Part shown: positions 30,681 to 41,141 of the stretch, piece by piece
Layout: every line of letters begins with the position of its first letter
Numbering within the stretch: position 1 is the first letter of the stretch
Virus record (IMG/VR): IMGVR_UViG_3300033153_009093
Span: 116,375 to 180,374 of that record
DNA from: a virus
Reading direction: 5' to 3' (one strand)
DNA length: 64,000 nucleotides
Notes under the pieces: generated by a model
The model's input: the letters and a program-made list of their open reading frames with translations, nothing else
The model's database searches: none
Told to the model about the DNA's origin: nothing
Program-made: the position numbers and the translations under genes

Positions 30681-31021
30681 TGGTTTATCAAAATTAGAAA
30701 GAAATAAAATCCGATGATATTATAGAATTAATAACCGTAAATTTTCTTAGATTAATAGGATTAGTTAAGTATAATAAAAAAAACCACATATTACTAATTG
30801 ATCCTTGTATTGTTGATGTAAAAAAAGTAGAAAATATTGAAAATAATACCGTACATTTTATTACAAATATGTTACCGTTTAGATTAACAGGAGATAATAA
30901 TGAGGCATTATTTAATTATAAAAAATTAAGTAGTATATCTATAGTATCATCAGATAAATTTATAAATATGTAGGATATGAATGTAACCGAATTTGCAAAA
31001 CTTTATTTACATTCTAAATAA
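30680..31021 (+). CDS. Hypothetical protein (Sm-like paralog possible); 2 in-frame TAG
   Basis: ATG overlaps the upstream TAA; TAG at 30695 and 30971; ends TAA 31021. Missing from the track. Confidence 0.7.
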
Positions 31022-31040
31022 AAAATAAGGAAATTGAAAA

Positions 31041-31742
31041 ATGTATAATTATTTAAATGAGTTAGCTTTTTACAAAGGCAAATCGGTCATGATCATTGAA
31101 ACTTCTATCGGAGTTTCTTATGGTAAATCCAGTCCATTTTTAAAGTTTAAATTTGCTCCAAGAAATGATTATAAATCGCCCGGTCAATGGAATGATGAAA
31201 ACGTATTTTGGGTAACTTCGTATGTCGATCTGTGTTTGTTTGTAAAAGGAATTAAGGATGTCGCAAGTGGAAATGAGCAAAAATATGAATTGAAAAATCC
31301 TTCAAAAGGTGTAACTGTAAGTATATATTCTTCTAAGAATGATAAGGACGGGACAGAGTATATAAATTTTGCTTTTTATAAAGGTGAAACTAAAATTCAT
31401 GTATCACTTATTAAATCAACTGAGTTTTTTGCTTTGTATACATATTATAAAAACTTACTTGATAATTATAATATAGTTTCGCAAACTGCGTTATTGAAAT
31501 ATGACGTTTGGTACGAATATGTTGGTAAGAAAGCACAAGGAAATGGTTCATATAATAATAACAAAAAAACATCATATACTAACGATAATAATAACAAAAA
31601 TCAGTCATATACTAACGATAATAATAATTATAAACCATCAAAAAATAATTCAACAATGAATACTGCTATGAATTCGATGGAAAATGATATAAAATCTTCT
31701 CAAAATAATTTTGATTTTAGTGATAATGATGTACCCTTTTAA
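31041..31742 (+). CDS. Single-stranded DNA-binding protein (probable)
   Basis: N/S-rich linker and C-terminal FDFSDNDVPF SSB-type acidic tail; AAGGA RBS. Confidence 0.6.
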   Translation: MYNYLNELAFYKGKSVMIIETSIGVSYGKSSPFLKFKFAPRNDYKSPGQWNDENVFWVTSYVDLCLFVKGIKDVASGNEQKYELKNPSKGVTVSIYSSKNDKDGTEYINFAFYKGETKIHVSLIKSTEFFALYTYYKNLLDNYNIVSQTALLKYDVWYEYVGKKAQGNGSYNNNKKTSYTNDNNNKNQSYTNDNNNYKPSKNNSTMNTAMNSMENDIKSSQNNFDFSDNDVPF

Positions 31743-31802
31743 CAAAAAGTCGGCAGGTATATAATTGATAAATTAATATAATAAATTCTGTTAGGAAATT
31801 GT

Positions 31803-32900
31803 ATGCCAAAAACAAAAAAATTAATAGTTACCCGCCCTACTAAAGGGGGCGGGTTATCGACATATTCGCAATCGTATAATGTCAATAACACTCCAAGTAA
31901 AGAATCTGATAATATAATAAATTCTATAAAAATACAACATGCTATAAATGAAAGATATTTATTAAAAGATTATCTTAGAAGTTTAAAACTTTCCAATTTT
32001 GCAACATTTGATATAAAATTAATAATATCAAAAGTAAAAAACTTAAATGATATAGAAGAGTTATCAAAATTCATTATTGATAATATTGATCATTTAAATT
32101 TAATGGTAATATGTGGAATTTTTAATAATATACCTAATAAATATGAATACTATGAAATAATATTTAGGCATATTATTGATAATTTGAATATCTCAGATGA
32201 TAAATTATATTCTTTGATATATTCTTTGAATGATCATGATATGGTCTTAGGTTTATTACGGAAATCAAATAAATTAAAAACAGAAATATCAAATATTATT
32301 AATCCTTGTAATATTATACGCTTGTATTATAGTAATATAAATCCCGAATGCATATACTCAGCTATTAACAGTTTTAATAATAATGATAATATATTAAAAT
32401 ATTTATCTAATAATATAAAATTATCAACAGTAGAAAATAGAATTCTAGGTAGTTTTATTAAATATAATAATAATACTACAAAAGATACTAACTTATATTT
32501 AACATCTTTTGTAAATATATCACCTTATATAGCTGCCGATATTTATAAAAGAGACATTGATATTGATATAGGATTATATTCTAGTGGAGTATATGAATTA
32601 AGTAATAAGAAAAAGGATATTGATAAATTTTATTATAAAATAAAAGATATAAATGTTAATAACAATTCCAATTTTATAATTAATAATATTGGTTATTATT
32701 TAGATAATAATAATAAATGTTATTTAATAATGTTATTAGAAATAAATAGTTCAAATATGCACAATTTTAATTTCATCGCCTTGCCATCAAAATTTACAGA
32801 TATTAAAATAATTAATAAAATTATGAAAACTAATGGTGTAAAAAATAAAACGCAGATGATAAATTATAATTATAAAAAATATTTAGTGTGCAATAAATGA
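31803..32900 (+). CDS. Hypothetical protein
   Basis: 365-aa ORF. Confidence 0.65.
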   Translation: MPKTKKLIVTRPTKGGGLSTYSQSYNVNNTPSKESDNIINSIKIQHAINERYLLKDYLRSLKLSNFATFDIKLIISKVKNLNDIEELSKFIIDNIDHLNLMVICGIFNNIPNKYEYYEIIFRHIIDNLNISDDKLYSLIYSLNDHDMVLGLLRKSNKLKTEISNIINPCNIIRLYYSNINPECIYSAINSFNNNDNILKYLSNNIKLSTVENRILGSFIKYNNNTTKDTNLYLTSFVNISPYIAADIYKRDIDIDIGLYSSGVYELSNKKKDIDKFYYKIKDINVNNNSNFIINNIGYYLDNNNKCYLIMLLEINSSNMHNFNFIALPSKFTDIKIINKIMKTNGVKNKTQMINYNYKKYLVCNK

Positions 32901-33811
32901 ATAATATAATACCTTTTATTATACCAAAAGATATAAATTTTTATTTAAATAAAAATAAATATTATTTAATTATTGATTCTGATTATTTTGGTAAAGTTAT
33001 CCGTTTCGGTGATTTTGTAATGTTGTCAAATTTATTATTTATTATTAAAATAAATTTAATAGAGCAATATGAAAATTTAAATATTGATAATTTTTATTTT
33101 TATTTAAATAATAAAAATAATATTACTTTAAATAATCTTAATAGATTATTTAAATTATTTAAAAATTTATATGACCATAAAGTTAATATAAATAAAACTC
33201 AATATCATATTTATAATTTTAATCAAATATTACCAAAAGGCAATTTATGGTTTTATAAATGTTATTTAGATAATTGTAATTATAAATTATCAAATAAATA
33301 TAAAATGATATTACTTGATATTATCCCAGAAGATATAAATAAGAATACAGTATATATACTTCCTGTTATAAATAAAACTTATAACATTGAGCGAAATTGG
33401 AATATGCCTATGTTAAAGAATATTATAAAAATTATAGATAAGCGGGATAATATAAAGATTATTTCAGTTGATAATTATCAACTGAGCGAAACAAATGAAA
33501 GATTACTAAAACAAGTTAGAAGTGATATAATTTTCTTGAAAAACGTTAATTGGTATGATATAATTAATGGAATATCATTAACATGTAAAGAATTTATTGG
33601 AGGTGATTGCGGTATGATGCATTTTGTTTCGGCTCTATCTGAACCTTATTCGCCTAATAAAATAACATGTTATTATAATACCCGAAATTGTAAAGAAGGA
33701 ATAAAAGTATTTTATAAATATTTAACTAATCATGATAATATATCAAGTGCAGTGGATTTTAAACCATTAGCACTATACAAAACTACTAATATAATTATAA
33801 AGAAATTTTAA
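32897..33811 (+). CDS. Glycosyltransferase family 9-like, second copy
   Basis: RFGDFVML, RNWNMPM, FIGGDCGMMHFVSAL (FIG.DSG..H.A.AL-like). Confidence 0.65.
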   Translation: MNNIIPFIIPKDINFYLNKNKYYLIIDSDYFGKVIRFGDFVMLSNLLFIIKINLIEQYENLNIDNFYFYLNNKNNITLNNLNRLFKLFKNLYDHKVNINKTQYHIYNFNQILPKGNLWFYKCYLDNCNYKLSNKYKMILLDIIPEDINKNTVYILPVINKTYNIERNWNMPMLKNIIKIIDKRDNIKIISVDNYQLSETNERLLKQVRSDIIFLKNVNWYDIINGISLTCKEFIGGDCGMMHFVSALSEPYSPNKITCYYNTRNCKEGIKVFYKYLTNHDNISSAVDFKPLALYKTTNIIIKKF

Positions 33812-34159
33812 ATGAAAAAGAAAAAAATCATAAGTCCTTTAGAAGAAAGTATAATTAAATATTTAAAACAAAATAGAAAATTTAGTAGAACGGTCAAAAT
33901 AGAAAATCAAGAAAATTATTATAATTTTATTTTGAATAAATTAGACAATTTATCAAATATTAATTATATTATTTTTCAAGATAGAATATATGAAAAAAGG
34001 CTGGAACGATTTTTATATACTGAAGACACTTATGTTTTTATCATAAATGATAATGAGTTATTGAATAAATTAAAAGAAGTGAATTTTAATATATATAGTT
34101 ATACCAATATATTATGTATTGAAAATGACGAAGTTATATATTTAATGAACAGGAGTTAA
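33812..34159 (+). CDS. Hypothetical protein
   Basis: 115-aa ORF. Confidence 0.6.
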   Translation: MKKKKIISPLEESIIKYLKQNRKFSRTVKIENQENYYNFILNKLDNLSNINYIIFQDRIYEKRLERFLYTEDTYVFIINDNELLNKLKEVNFNIYSYTNILCIENDEVIYLMNRS

Positions 34160-34207
34160 ATATAGAAAATATTAACAAAACTAATTAAATAAAATATTAA
34201 ATATTTA

Positions 34208-34723
34208 TTGGAGTATAAAATAACTATGTACAATATAGCACAATTTGAAAAAGTTTTAGATTCATTATTAAGCGGTGATATAATACTTTGCGGAGGAAAT
34301 GGCGGATCAATTTGTGATTCGATGCACTTTGTAGCCGAGCTAACGGGAAGGTTTGATGGTAATACCAAAGAATATCCTGCTATTGCACTGGGTAGTAATC
34401 AAGCTGAAATAACGGCTTTTGGGAATGATTATGGATATGAAAATATATTTATTCCATATATTAATGCATTTAAAAAAATTAATCCGTCATATTTATTTAT
34501 TTCAACTTCAGGTACTTCAAAAAATATATTAACGGCAATAAAATATATTAAAGATACATATAGTAATTATCACATTTCGTTATTAACAGGAGATGTTAAT
34601 ATTTCCGATACTGTTTATGATAATGTAAATTCCATACAAGTAAAATCAAAAAATACACAAATTATTCAAGAAAATCATATTGCAATTTTACATAAATTAG
34701 CTAAAAAAATAAAAGAGATATAA
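34208..34723 (+). CDS. gmhA: Phosphoheptose isomerase (SIS domain)
   Basis: ILCGGNGGSICDSMHFVAELTGRF, NDYGYE.IF, ISTSGTSKNIL, QIIQENH. Confidence 0.9.
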   Translation: MEYKITMYNIAQFEKVLDSLLSGDIILCGGNGGSICDSMHFVAELTGRFDGNTKEYPAIALGSNQAEITAFGNDYGYENIFIPYINAFKKINPSYLFISTSGTSKNILTAIKYIKDTYSNYHISLLTGDVNISDTVYDNVNSIQVKSKNTQIIQENHIAILHKLAKKIKEI

Positions 34724-34726
34724 AGA

Positions 34727-35119
34727 ATGTTTAATAAGGCGGCATATAAACATTCTGATCCTGTAAAATATAAAGTGGTCGATTATTTAAATAAAAAGGG
34801 AACGTATACTATTTGTATCGAAGATAAATCGACTGAAGATATTAAAGCTTTGGTTCCTTTTAATATTGAAGTGGAACATAGGACAGTGTGGAAAGGGGAA
34901 CGATTTCCATATCAATCAATCAGTGTCCCTTATAGAAAGTATAGACATAAAAAGAAAAATACCTTTTTTTATGTAGTAAATAATGAAATGACTTATGCTT
35001 ATATTATTAATAGTATTTTATTATCGCAAGATTATTTAGTTATAAAAAATACTACTCGTGTTAAAAAAGAAAAGTTTTTTCATATACCTATAAATAAATG
35101 TAAAAAGATAAAATTATAA
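34727..35119 (+). CDS. Hypothetical protein, PD-(D/E)xK-like
   Basis: NIEVEHRTVWKG.RFPY. Confidence 0.55.
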   Translation: MFNKAAYKHSDPVKYKVVDYLNKKGTYTICIEDKSTEDIKALVPFNIEVEHRTVWKGERFPYQSISVPYRKYRHKKKNTFFYVVNNEMTYAYIINSILLSQDYLVIKNTTRVKKEKFFHIPINKCKKIKL

Positions 35120-35180
35120 AAAGGTTAATGGTATGATGTAGTATTTTTATGATATAAGTAATGAAAGACATCAGGATATA

Positions 35181-35501
35181 TTGGAGTATTCAATACAAAA
35201 TTTTGATAATGATAATAAAATACATTTACAAAATACATTAACTGAAAATGAATTTGTAAATAATTATAAAAATATTGGAATAGATGTTTTAGTATTAAAT
35301 TATAATAAAAAATTCCTTACAAGAATAAGAAATGAAAGTATAAATTTAATAATTATTTGTAATGAGTATTTAGAAATAGAAAGATGTATTGATATTTTTG
35401 AAAAATCAAAACCAGCTAATTATCAAATTATATTAACACCTAAAATGACTTCAACGGAAGTCATTATGAACTTAACAAATATACTTAACAATGAAAATTA
35501 A
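35181..35501 (+). CDS. Hypothetical protein
   Basis: 106-aa ORF with TTG start. Confidence 0.5.
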   Translation: MEYSIQNFDNDNKIHLQNTLTENEFVNNYKNIGIDVLVLNYNKKFLTRIRNESINLIIICNEYLEIERCIDIFEKSKPANYQIILTPKMTSTEVIMNLTNILNNEN

Positions 35502-35503
35502 TT

Positions 35504-35725
35504 ATGCCTATATATGAATATGAATGTCCAGAGTGTAATACAGTCTGTGAAAAATTATTAACAATTTCTAATACTACTAACCCGAAAATGTTACACTGTG
35601 ATACTTGTAAAAAAGACCAACTTATGAATAAGTGTATATCGCTATCAACATTTAAGTTAGTTGGTAGAGGGTGGGGTAAAGATGGTTACGTAGATACTTA
35701 TGAACAAACAAAGGATTTAATATAA
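35504..35725 (+). CDS. FmdB-family Zn-ribbon protein
   Basis: MPIYEYECPEC..CDTC..F.L.G.GW. Confidence 0.9.
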   Translation: MPIYEYECPECNTVCEKLLTISNTTNPKMLHCDTCKKDQLMNKCISLSTFKLVGRGWGKDGYVDTYEQTKDLI

Positions 35726-36729
35726 TGTCAGTAGAAATAATAACGCCAATAGTGAACGTTGTAGATTTTGATAAAATAATAAGCGAAAAAACTACTGAAA
35801 CGCCCTCGGCTTATGTAATGGAATATGTTTGTAGAGTTTGTTATAATTCATATGATAAAATTAAAGCAGATTCTTATATTAAATTATTATCTGATGCCGC
35901 TAAACGAGGGCATAGGTCTATATTTGATTTTTCAAATGTACAATTTGTTTTTCATATAAATGATCATCAAACATTTATAAGTTTAGATCATTTTTTTGAA
36001 AGTGAAAAATATTTAAATCATGAAGCATATACACTTAATAGTAACAGTAATGCTATAATGGTAACAGGTTCAATAAGATCATTTATTGAACTATTAGAAA
36101 GATATACTTATTTAAGTTTTGAATATACCTTTGTTTTTTCACAGATATTTTCCGCACTATATGATAATTACGAATATATTATAACTAATTGGCCTTCATG
36201 TCCAGAGCTTCTAAATTTTTATAACAAAATTGTAGGCGAGTGTGATTATAATGAAAGAATACTTTTTACTGATATTATAGATAAAGTAAATGTAAAGCAA
36301 GACAAAATCCACCGAAAAATTTTAGTCGAATTAACAACTGATAGAGGATTACATAATGAACTGGTTAGACATAGACCTGCTGAACATATGGCAGAGTCAC
36401 AAAGGTATGTTCGATATGGTACAGATAAAAATCCGCTAAAAATTTGCATTGATTCTAAACGGTTTTCAGATGAAGATTATGTTACGATATTAAAAGAATC
36501 TAGTGAGGTTTGTTATGGTGCTTATAAAAAGCTTTTAGACGGCAAATACGCCCCGCAAGTTGCAAGGGCGACCTTGCCTATGGGCACCGCTTTAAAGTCG
36601 TTTATATATTGCAATATGGAAGAATGGGAGCATGTCGTGAGACTTCGCTATGCGAAAGATGCTTTACCCATGGCACAGGAAGTTACTGGAGAAATATTTA
36701 AACAAATGGTAAATAAAAAATTATTTTGA
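35725..36729 (+). CDS. thyX: FAD-dependent thymidylate synthase
   Basis: RGHRSIF, LHNELVRHR..AESQRYV, ARATLP. Confidence 0.9.
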   Translation: MSVEIITPIVNVVDFDKIISEKTTETPSAYVMEYVCRVCYNSYDKIKADSYIKLLSDAAKRGHRSIFDFSNVQFVFHINDHQTFISLDHFFESEKYLNHEAYTLNSNSNAIMVTGSIRSFIELLERYTYLSFEYTFVFSQIFSALYDNYEYIITNWPSCPELLNFYNKIVGECDYNERILFTDIIDKVNVKQDKIHRKILVELTTDRGLHNELVRHRPAEHMAESQRYVRYGTDKNPLKICIDSKRFSDEDYVTILKESSEVCYGAYKKLLDGKYAPQVARATLPMGTALKSFIYCNMEEWEHVVRLRYAKDALPMAQEVTGEIFKQMVNKKLF

Positions 36730-36730
36730 T

Positions 36731-37009
36731 ATGATTTTTAAATTTAAAGAAGATCAACAATATAGCAATGAAATTAATATTGATTTTGATGACATATCAT
36801 CAAAATCAATATATTGTTTATATTATAAACAATACAATGTTGCAGTAAATTGTATTCTGATTGAAAAATTAGATAGCATGATAGCATACGGTGATAATGA
36901 AAAAGAAGTAATTGATTATAGAAATGAACTGGTAGAAAATAAAAAATATATACCAGTTCATTTATATATTAAAAATATTCCAAATATTGTAAGTTATAAA
37001 TGTCAATAA
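36731..37009 (+). CDS. Hypothetical protein
   Basis: 92-aa ORF. Confidence 0.55.
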   Translation: MIFKFKEDQQYSNEINIDFDDISSKSIYCLYYKQYNVAVNCILIEKLDSMIAYGDNEKEVIDYRNELVENKKYIPVHLYIKNIPNIVSYKCQ

Positions 37010-38709
37010 AATCAATAAAAATAGATAAAATAAAATTATCAAATTTTATGACCTTTAATAATTATCAAATTGATAATTTATCAAAATATAAAATAATTTT
37101 TATATGCGGTCATAATGCACAAGGTAAATCGACAATTACAAGCGAAGCCCCTTATTTTACGTTCTTTAATAAACCATTAAGATATAGCAAAATAGAAGAA
37201 TTATTAGCATGGGGTTATGATCATAATTCTAAAGATAAAGCCTTTGCAGAATTATCTTTAAATATTATAGATGATAATAATAATTCTTCAGATTTAATAA
37301 TTAAAAGAAATATTATTGGTAGTCGTTATAAGTTCGATGTAAGTAATAATGATAATCATTTATATGATGATTTATATTCCGCTAAAAATATTACATCCTT
37401 TAATAATTCGTTAAAAGATTTATTAGATATTAATGAATCTATATTTTCTATACTATATTTAAAAAGTCCCTTCAGTCAAGTTATCTTTGATAGTAATAGC
37501 GAACTACTATCAAAGATAACTAAATCGGAATATATAAATGAATTACGAAATGATTTTAGAAAAACGTGCAATGAATTAAAAATAAATATTGACAATTTAA
37601 AAGGGACTATTGAAAAGCAAAATCAACTTACATCTTCAATAAAAAAACAACTAAATAAAATTCTTGATAACTCGGAATATCAAGAAAATAAATCAGATAT
37701 AAAAAGAATAGTTTCTAGTATTGAAAAAATAGAAAATGAATTAAATCTTTTAACAGAAAAAACTAAGAAAAATAAATTAGAACATAATAAATATTCTAAT
37801 AAAAAGAATGAATTAAAAGATTTAATAAATAAAATAAATTTGTTCATTAGACAATTGGAAGAGGAAAGAAAAAAAATGCTAGACCTTATAAACAAAGGTC
37901 AGTGCTATACATGCAAGCAACCAATAGAACAAAATTTATACAATAATCAAATAGATATTATTGAAAAGAAGATAAAAGAATACAGAGATTATTTATTAAA
38001 AAATTCATCTAGTATGAAGTCTATTAGTGATATCGTTAATAGAATTTCTAATAATGTTAATACATTTCAAAACGATAAAGATTCTCTTTATCAAAATATA
38101 AGAAAATTATCTAATTTAAAAGCTTCATTAAATCAATCAATTATTAATCATGATCAAAATAAAAAAAATAATCACGATATTTTAAAGAAAATACGAGAGA
38201 CTATTATTAATTTGAATGATGAGTTATCAATAATAAGTGCTGATTATAAAATAATCAGCGGCATTTCAAAATTATTACTGGCAAAAAATTCTGAATATAT
38301 TAATGAATTTTATAATAAAAAAATTTATAATTTTAATTTGGTTTTTAAATCTATATTAACTAAGTTGACAAATAATAAATTTAATGACGTTAAGATATTA
38401 TTGAATAATAAACCTATTTTAAATGACGGCATACAATATAAAGCATTATCAACGAGCGAGAGAAAATTTATAGATATATCATTTGTTATTGCATACATTG
38501 TATATTTATCAACAAATTTAAAATTTAAAACATTTATTTTGGATGAATTTTTTGATAATTATGATAAGAAAAATATTATTCATATTTATAATACAATGTA
38601 TGAAATTGCAAAAGAGTATGATTTACAACTACTCATAACAACAAATAAATCGGATTATTTATTTAATGAAATTGAAAAACGAGAAGATATAAAAATTATT
38701 ACTTTATAA
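37000..38709 (+). CDS. sbcC: SbcC/Rad50-like (T4 gp46-like) ATPase
   Basis: GHNAQGKST, coiled coil with CYTC hook, LSTSERK, ILDEFFD. Confidence 0.9.
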   Translation: MSIKSIKIDKIKLSNFMTFNNYQIDNLSKYKIIFICGHNAQGKSTITSEAPYFTFFNKPLRYSKIEELLAWGYDHNSKDKAFAELSLNIIDDNNNSSDLIIKRNIIGSRYKFDVSNNDNHLYDDLYSAKNITSFNNSLKDLLDINESIFSILYLKSPFSQVIFDSNSELLSKITKSEYINELRNDFRKTCNELKINIDNLKGTIEKQNQLTSSIKKQLNKILDNSEYQENKSDIKRIVSSIEKIENELNLLTEKTKKNKLEHNKYSNKKNELKDLINKINLFIRQLEEERKKMLDLINKGQCYTCKQPIEQNLYNNQIDIIEKKIKEYRDYLLKNSSSMKSISDIVNRISNNVNTFQNDKDSLYQNIRKLSNLKASLNQSIINHDQNKKNNHDILKKIRETIINLNDELSIISADYKIISGISKLLLAKNSEYINEFYNKKIYNFNLVFKSILTKLTNNKFNDVKILLNNKPILNDGIQYKALSTSERKFIDISFVIAYIVYLSTNLKFKTFILDEFFDNYDKKNIIHIYNTMYEIAKEYDLQLLITTNKSDYLFNEIEKREDIKIITL

Positions 38710-38750
38710 TAAAAAATTAATATAATAGCAGGATTGTTGGAATATCTAAC

Positions 38751-38779
38751 TTGACATCATATAGTAAATATGATAAGGT
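38751..38779 (+). promoter_or_regulatory. Sigma70-type promoter starting the accessory block
   Basis: TTGACA-N17-TAAGGT with extended TG. Confidence 0.5.
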
Positions 38780-38826
38780 ATAAAAAAACTTATATAAACT
38801 TTTAAATTAAACTTAATGAATTATAT

Positions 38827-39096
38827 ATGAAGAAAAAAACTTTTAGTAAAAAAATTATTTATTTAAATATTTTTATTATTATTGTATATATTTGCGAATA
38901 TATGGCACCTGAAAGTATTATGAATTATATAAATAACCCATATACAAATGAAAGGTTATTGTTATTATTTAATAATAGTGAAAATTTTTCACTTAAACCA
39001 TTATTGAATATAGAATTTGATACATTGTATGGTTTTGTATTTTTATGCGTTGATGTTATAATAGTGAGTATTTATAAATATAGAATTGAAAAATAA
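38827..39096 (+). CDS. Small membrane protein
   Basis: Two hydrophobic segments. Confidence 0.55.
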   Translation: MKKKTFSKKIIYLNIFIIIVYICEYMAPESIMNYINNPYTNERLLLLFNNSENFSLKPLLNIEFDTLYGFVFLCVDVIIVSIYKYRIEK

Positions 39097-39106
39097 TTAA
39101 AATACT

Positions 39107-39667
39107 ATGAAAAATAATAAAGGAATTTCATTAATAGAAATATTAATAGTTTTAGCTATTTTAGGAATCTTCTCAGCGATATCATATCCTCATTTTAATA
39201 AGAAACGGTATATTATTAAATCAGATGCAATGAATTTATGGACTATATGCAGTAGAGCAAAGAGCGAAGCTGTAAAACGAAATAGAATTTTATACGTAGG
39301 CATTGATGGAAAGGATGTCGATTTTTATACAGATAATCAACTAGTTAATTCGTATTATTTAAATTATTTTAATATTCATACGGATAGCGTAACAGGGGGA
39401 GAATTAGGAGGAAAAGAAGTTCCTAAAATAATACCCGATGAAGTTATACAACAATGCGGAGGGATTCTTCCGGGTTGTCAATCTATTGAAGATTGGTATA
39501 AGTCATTTGAAGGCAAATATTATGAATATATTTTTTCATTTAATCAAATGGGAATAACTAATGCAGAAATATTATTAAAATTAGAAGTCGATAATGAGTT
39601 ATTAGATACTTTAAATATTAACTTTATAGGAACAATTAAAACGGTATTATATACTAATGAAATCTAA
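39107..39667 (+). CDS. Type IV prepilin-like protein (FimT/GspH-like)
   Basis: NKG|ISLIEILIVLAILGIFSAISYP cleavage/methylation motif with E+5; ARSEA-like RAKSEAVKRN. Confidence 0.85.
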   Translation: MKNNKGISLIEILIVLAILGIFSAISYPHFNKKRYIIKSDAMNLWTICSRAKSEAVKRNRILYVGIDGKDVDFYTDNQLVNSYYLNYFNIHTDSVTGGELGGKEVPKIIPDEVIQQCGGILPGCQSIEDWYKSFEGKYYEYIFSFNQMGITNAEILLKLEVDNELLDTLNINFIGTIKTVLYTNEI

Positions 39668-40115
39668 AAAAGAAATGTCACCTTGCCCTCTTTGCGGATG
39701 TGTTAAATTTGAAATGTTGGATGATAATGATAATGACAATAATCAAGTGGCAGCTATTTATTGCACTAAATGCCCTTATGGGGTAGAAGATAGCAGTAAA
39801 ACCTTATCAAAATTAATAGATATTCATAATCATAGACTAACGATTTGTCCAGTTTGCGAAGGTGATTCAATAACCGCTGATATAGCTAAACGAATGGGTC
39901 ACAGACCCGATATAGCATTTTTAAAAATACTTAAATTAGAAAATCGTTTAATTGAATTAGGGGAATTGAATAATTCTCCTTGTTTTATCTGCGGGTATAA
40001 AGGTGAAAATTATTTTAATCCTTTATTTCATAACTGCATGTCTCGAAGAAAAGATAGTAATTATATGAAAAATGACTCTTTAACCTGCGATGATGTATAT
40101 GAAATGTATGAATAA
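39657..40115 (+). CDS. Lar-like Zn-finger protein
   Basis: SPCPLCG..AIYCTKC. Confidence 0.55.
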   Translation: MKSKKEMSPCPLCGCVKFEMLDDNDNDNNQVAAIYCTKCPYGVEDSSKTLSKLIDIHNHRLTICPVCEGDSITADIAKRMGHRPDIAFLKILKLENRLIELGELNNSPCFICGYKGENYFNPLFHNCMSRRKDSNYMKNDSLTCDDVYEMYE

Positions 40116-40539
40116 TGGCGATATAAAAATTTTTATTTCAGGATCAATTTCAATTAAAAAATTAGATGCCAATATAATCAAAAGATTAAATAATATTATT
40201 GAAAAAAGATATCATATTATTATAGGTGACGCTGGCGGAATAGATTATTTGGTTCAAGAATTTTTATTTAAAAGAAAGTATGAAAATGTTACAGTTTATT
40301 CAACCGGTAATCCAAGAAATAATATAGGGTTATGGGAAAATGTTTGTGTATATTCAAATAAAGTTTTTGGAACAAGAGAATATTTTACAGAAAAAGATAA
40401 AGTATTAACAAATGATTGCACTTATGGTTTTGTTATTTGGGATTATAAGAGCAAAGGAACATTAAATAATATAAATAGATTACAACGATTGAAAAAGAGA
40501 GTGTTAGTTTATTTTAATAATAAATTTATTATTAAATAA
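40090..40539 (+). CDS. SLOG-family (YspA/DprA-related) protein
   Basis: IIGDAGGID..VQEFL, PRNN.G.W, WDYKSKGT. Confidence 0.7.
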   Translation: MMYMKCMNNGDIKIFISGSISIKKLDANIIKRLNNIIEKRYHIIIGDAGGIDYLVQEFLFKRKYENVTVYSTGNPRNNIGLWENVCVYSNKVFGTREYFTEKDKVLTNDCTYGFVIWDYKSKGTLNNINRLQRLKKRVLVYFNNKFIIK

Positions 40540-40541
40540 TT

Positions 40542-41066
40542 ATGGAATCATTTTTAATTGCTATCCAAGGTATGCTCCAGTTTTTATTTTTATTAGGTAT
40601 AATAAAATACATTTTACTTAGTAACAAATATAATATATTGAATATTAAATACATTAATATTGTTACTAAGTGGAATAATTTAGTATTACGTGTTAATGAG
40701 AGTAATAAGTCAAATAATACTAATATACCTTTTACGAGCAAAGAATTAAAGCTAATAATGAAAAGGTGTCATCCTGATAAAAATAGTAATGACTTAGATA
40801 ATAAAAAATTAATACAAGATAGTAATAATGACACTTTGGAAGAAGTGGCAAATAATTTAAAGCATAAAAGTGATAAAGAAAATATATTGCCAGATGAAGG
40901 CATTGGGGTTGTAGCAGAAATATAGTCTATATCATGTATAGGCAAATCTAACTGGTATGAAGTTGTATATAGGCTAAATGATGAATGGCATTCTTATATA
41001 GGTAGTAAAACCTTTGAAGATGGAGAAAAGGTTATAAGGTGGAAATATCCCGAAAGTTGTTTTTAA
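40542..41066 (+). CDS. Membrane-anchored protein with a J-domain-like HPD motif; 1 in-frame TAG
   Basis: N-terminal TM, KRCHPDKN; frame continues past TAG 40923 to TAA 41066 (SNWYEVVY..EWHSY..DGEKVIRWKY). Confidence 0.65.
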
Positions 41067-41141
41067 TAGACACTTTAGAAATGTTATGCCCTAATTGACA
41101 TTCTCAAATGAAAACTTCCATGGAGAGGACAAAAGAGATAA

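Noticed and set aside
31571-31630. Direct repeat TCATATACTAACGATAATAATAA x2
   Set aside because: Coding duplication (SYTNDNNN) in the low-complexity SSB linker, not an array
35181-35501. Possible HldE nucleotidyltransferase domain completing the heptose pathway
   Set aside because: Only a faint C-terminal STxxI resemblance and no HxGH motif
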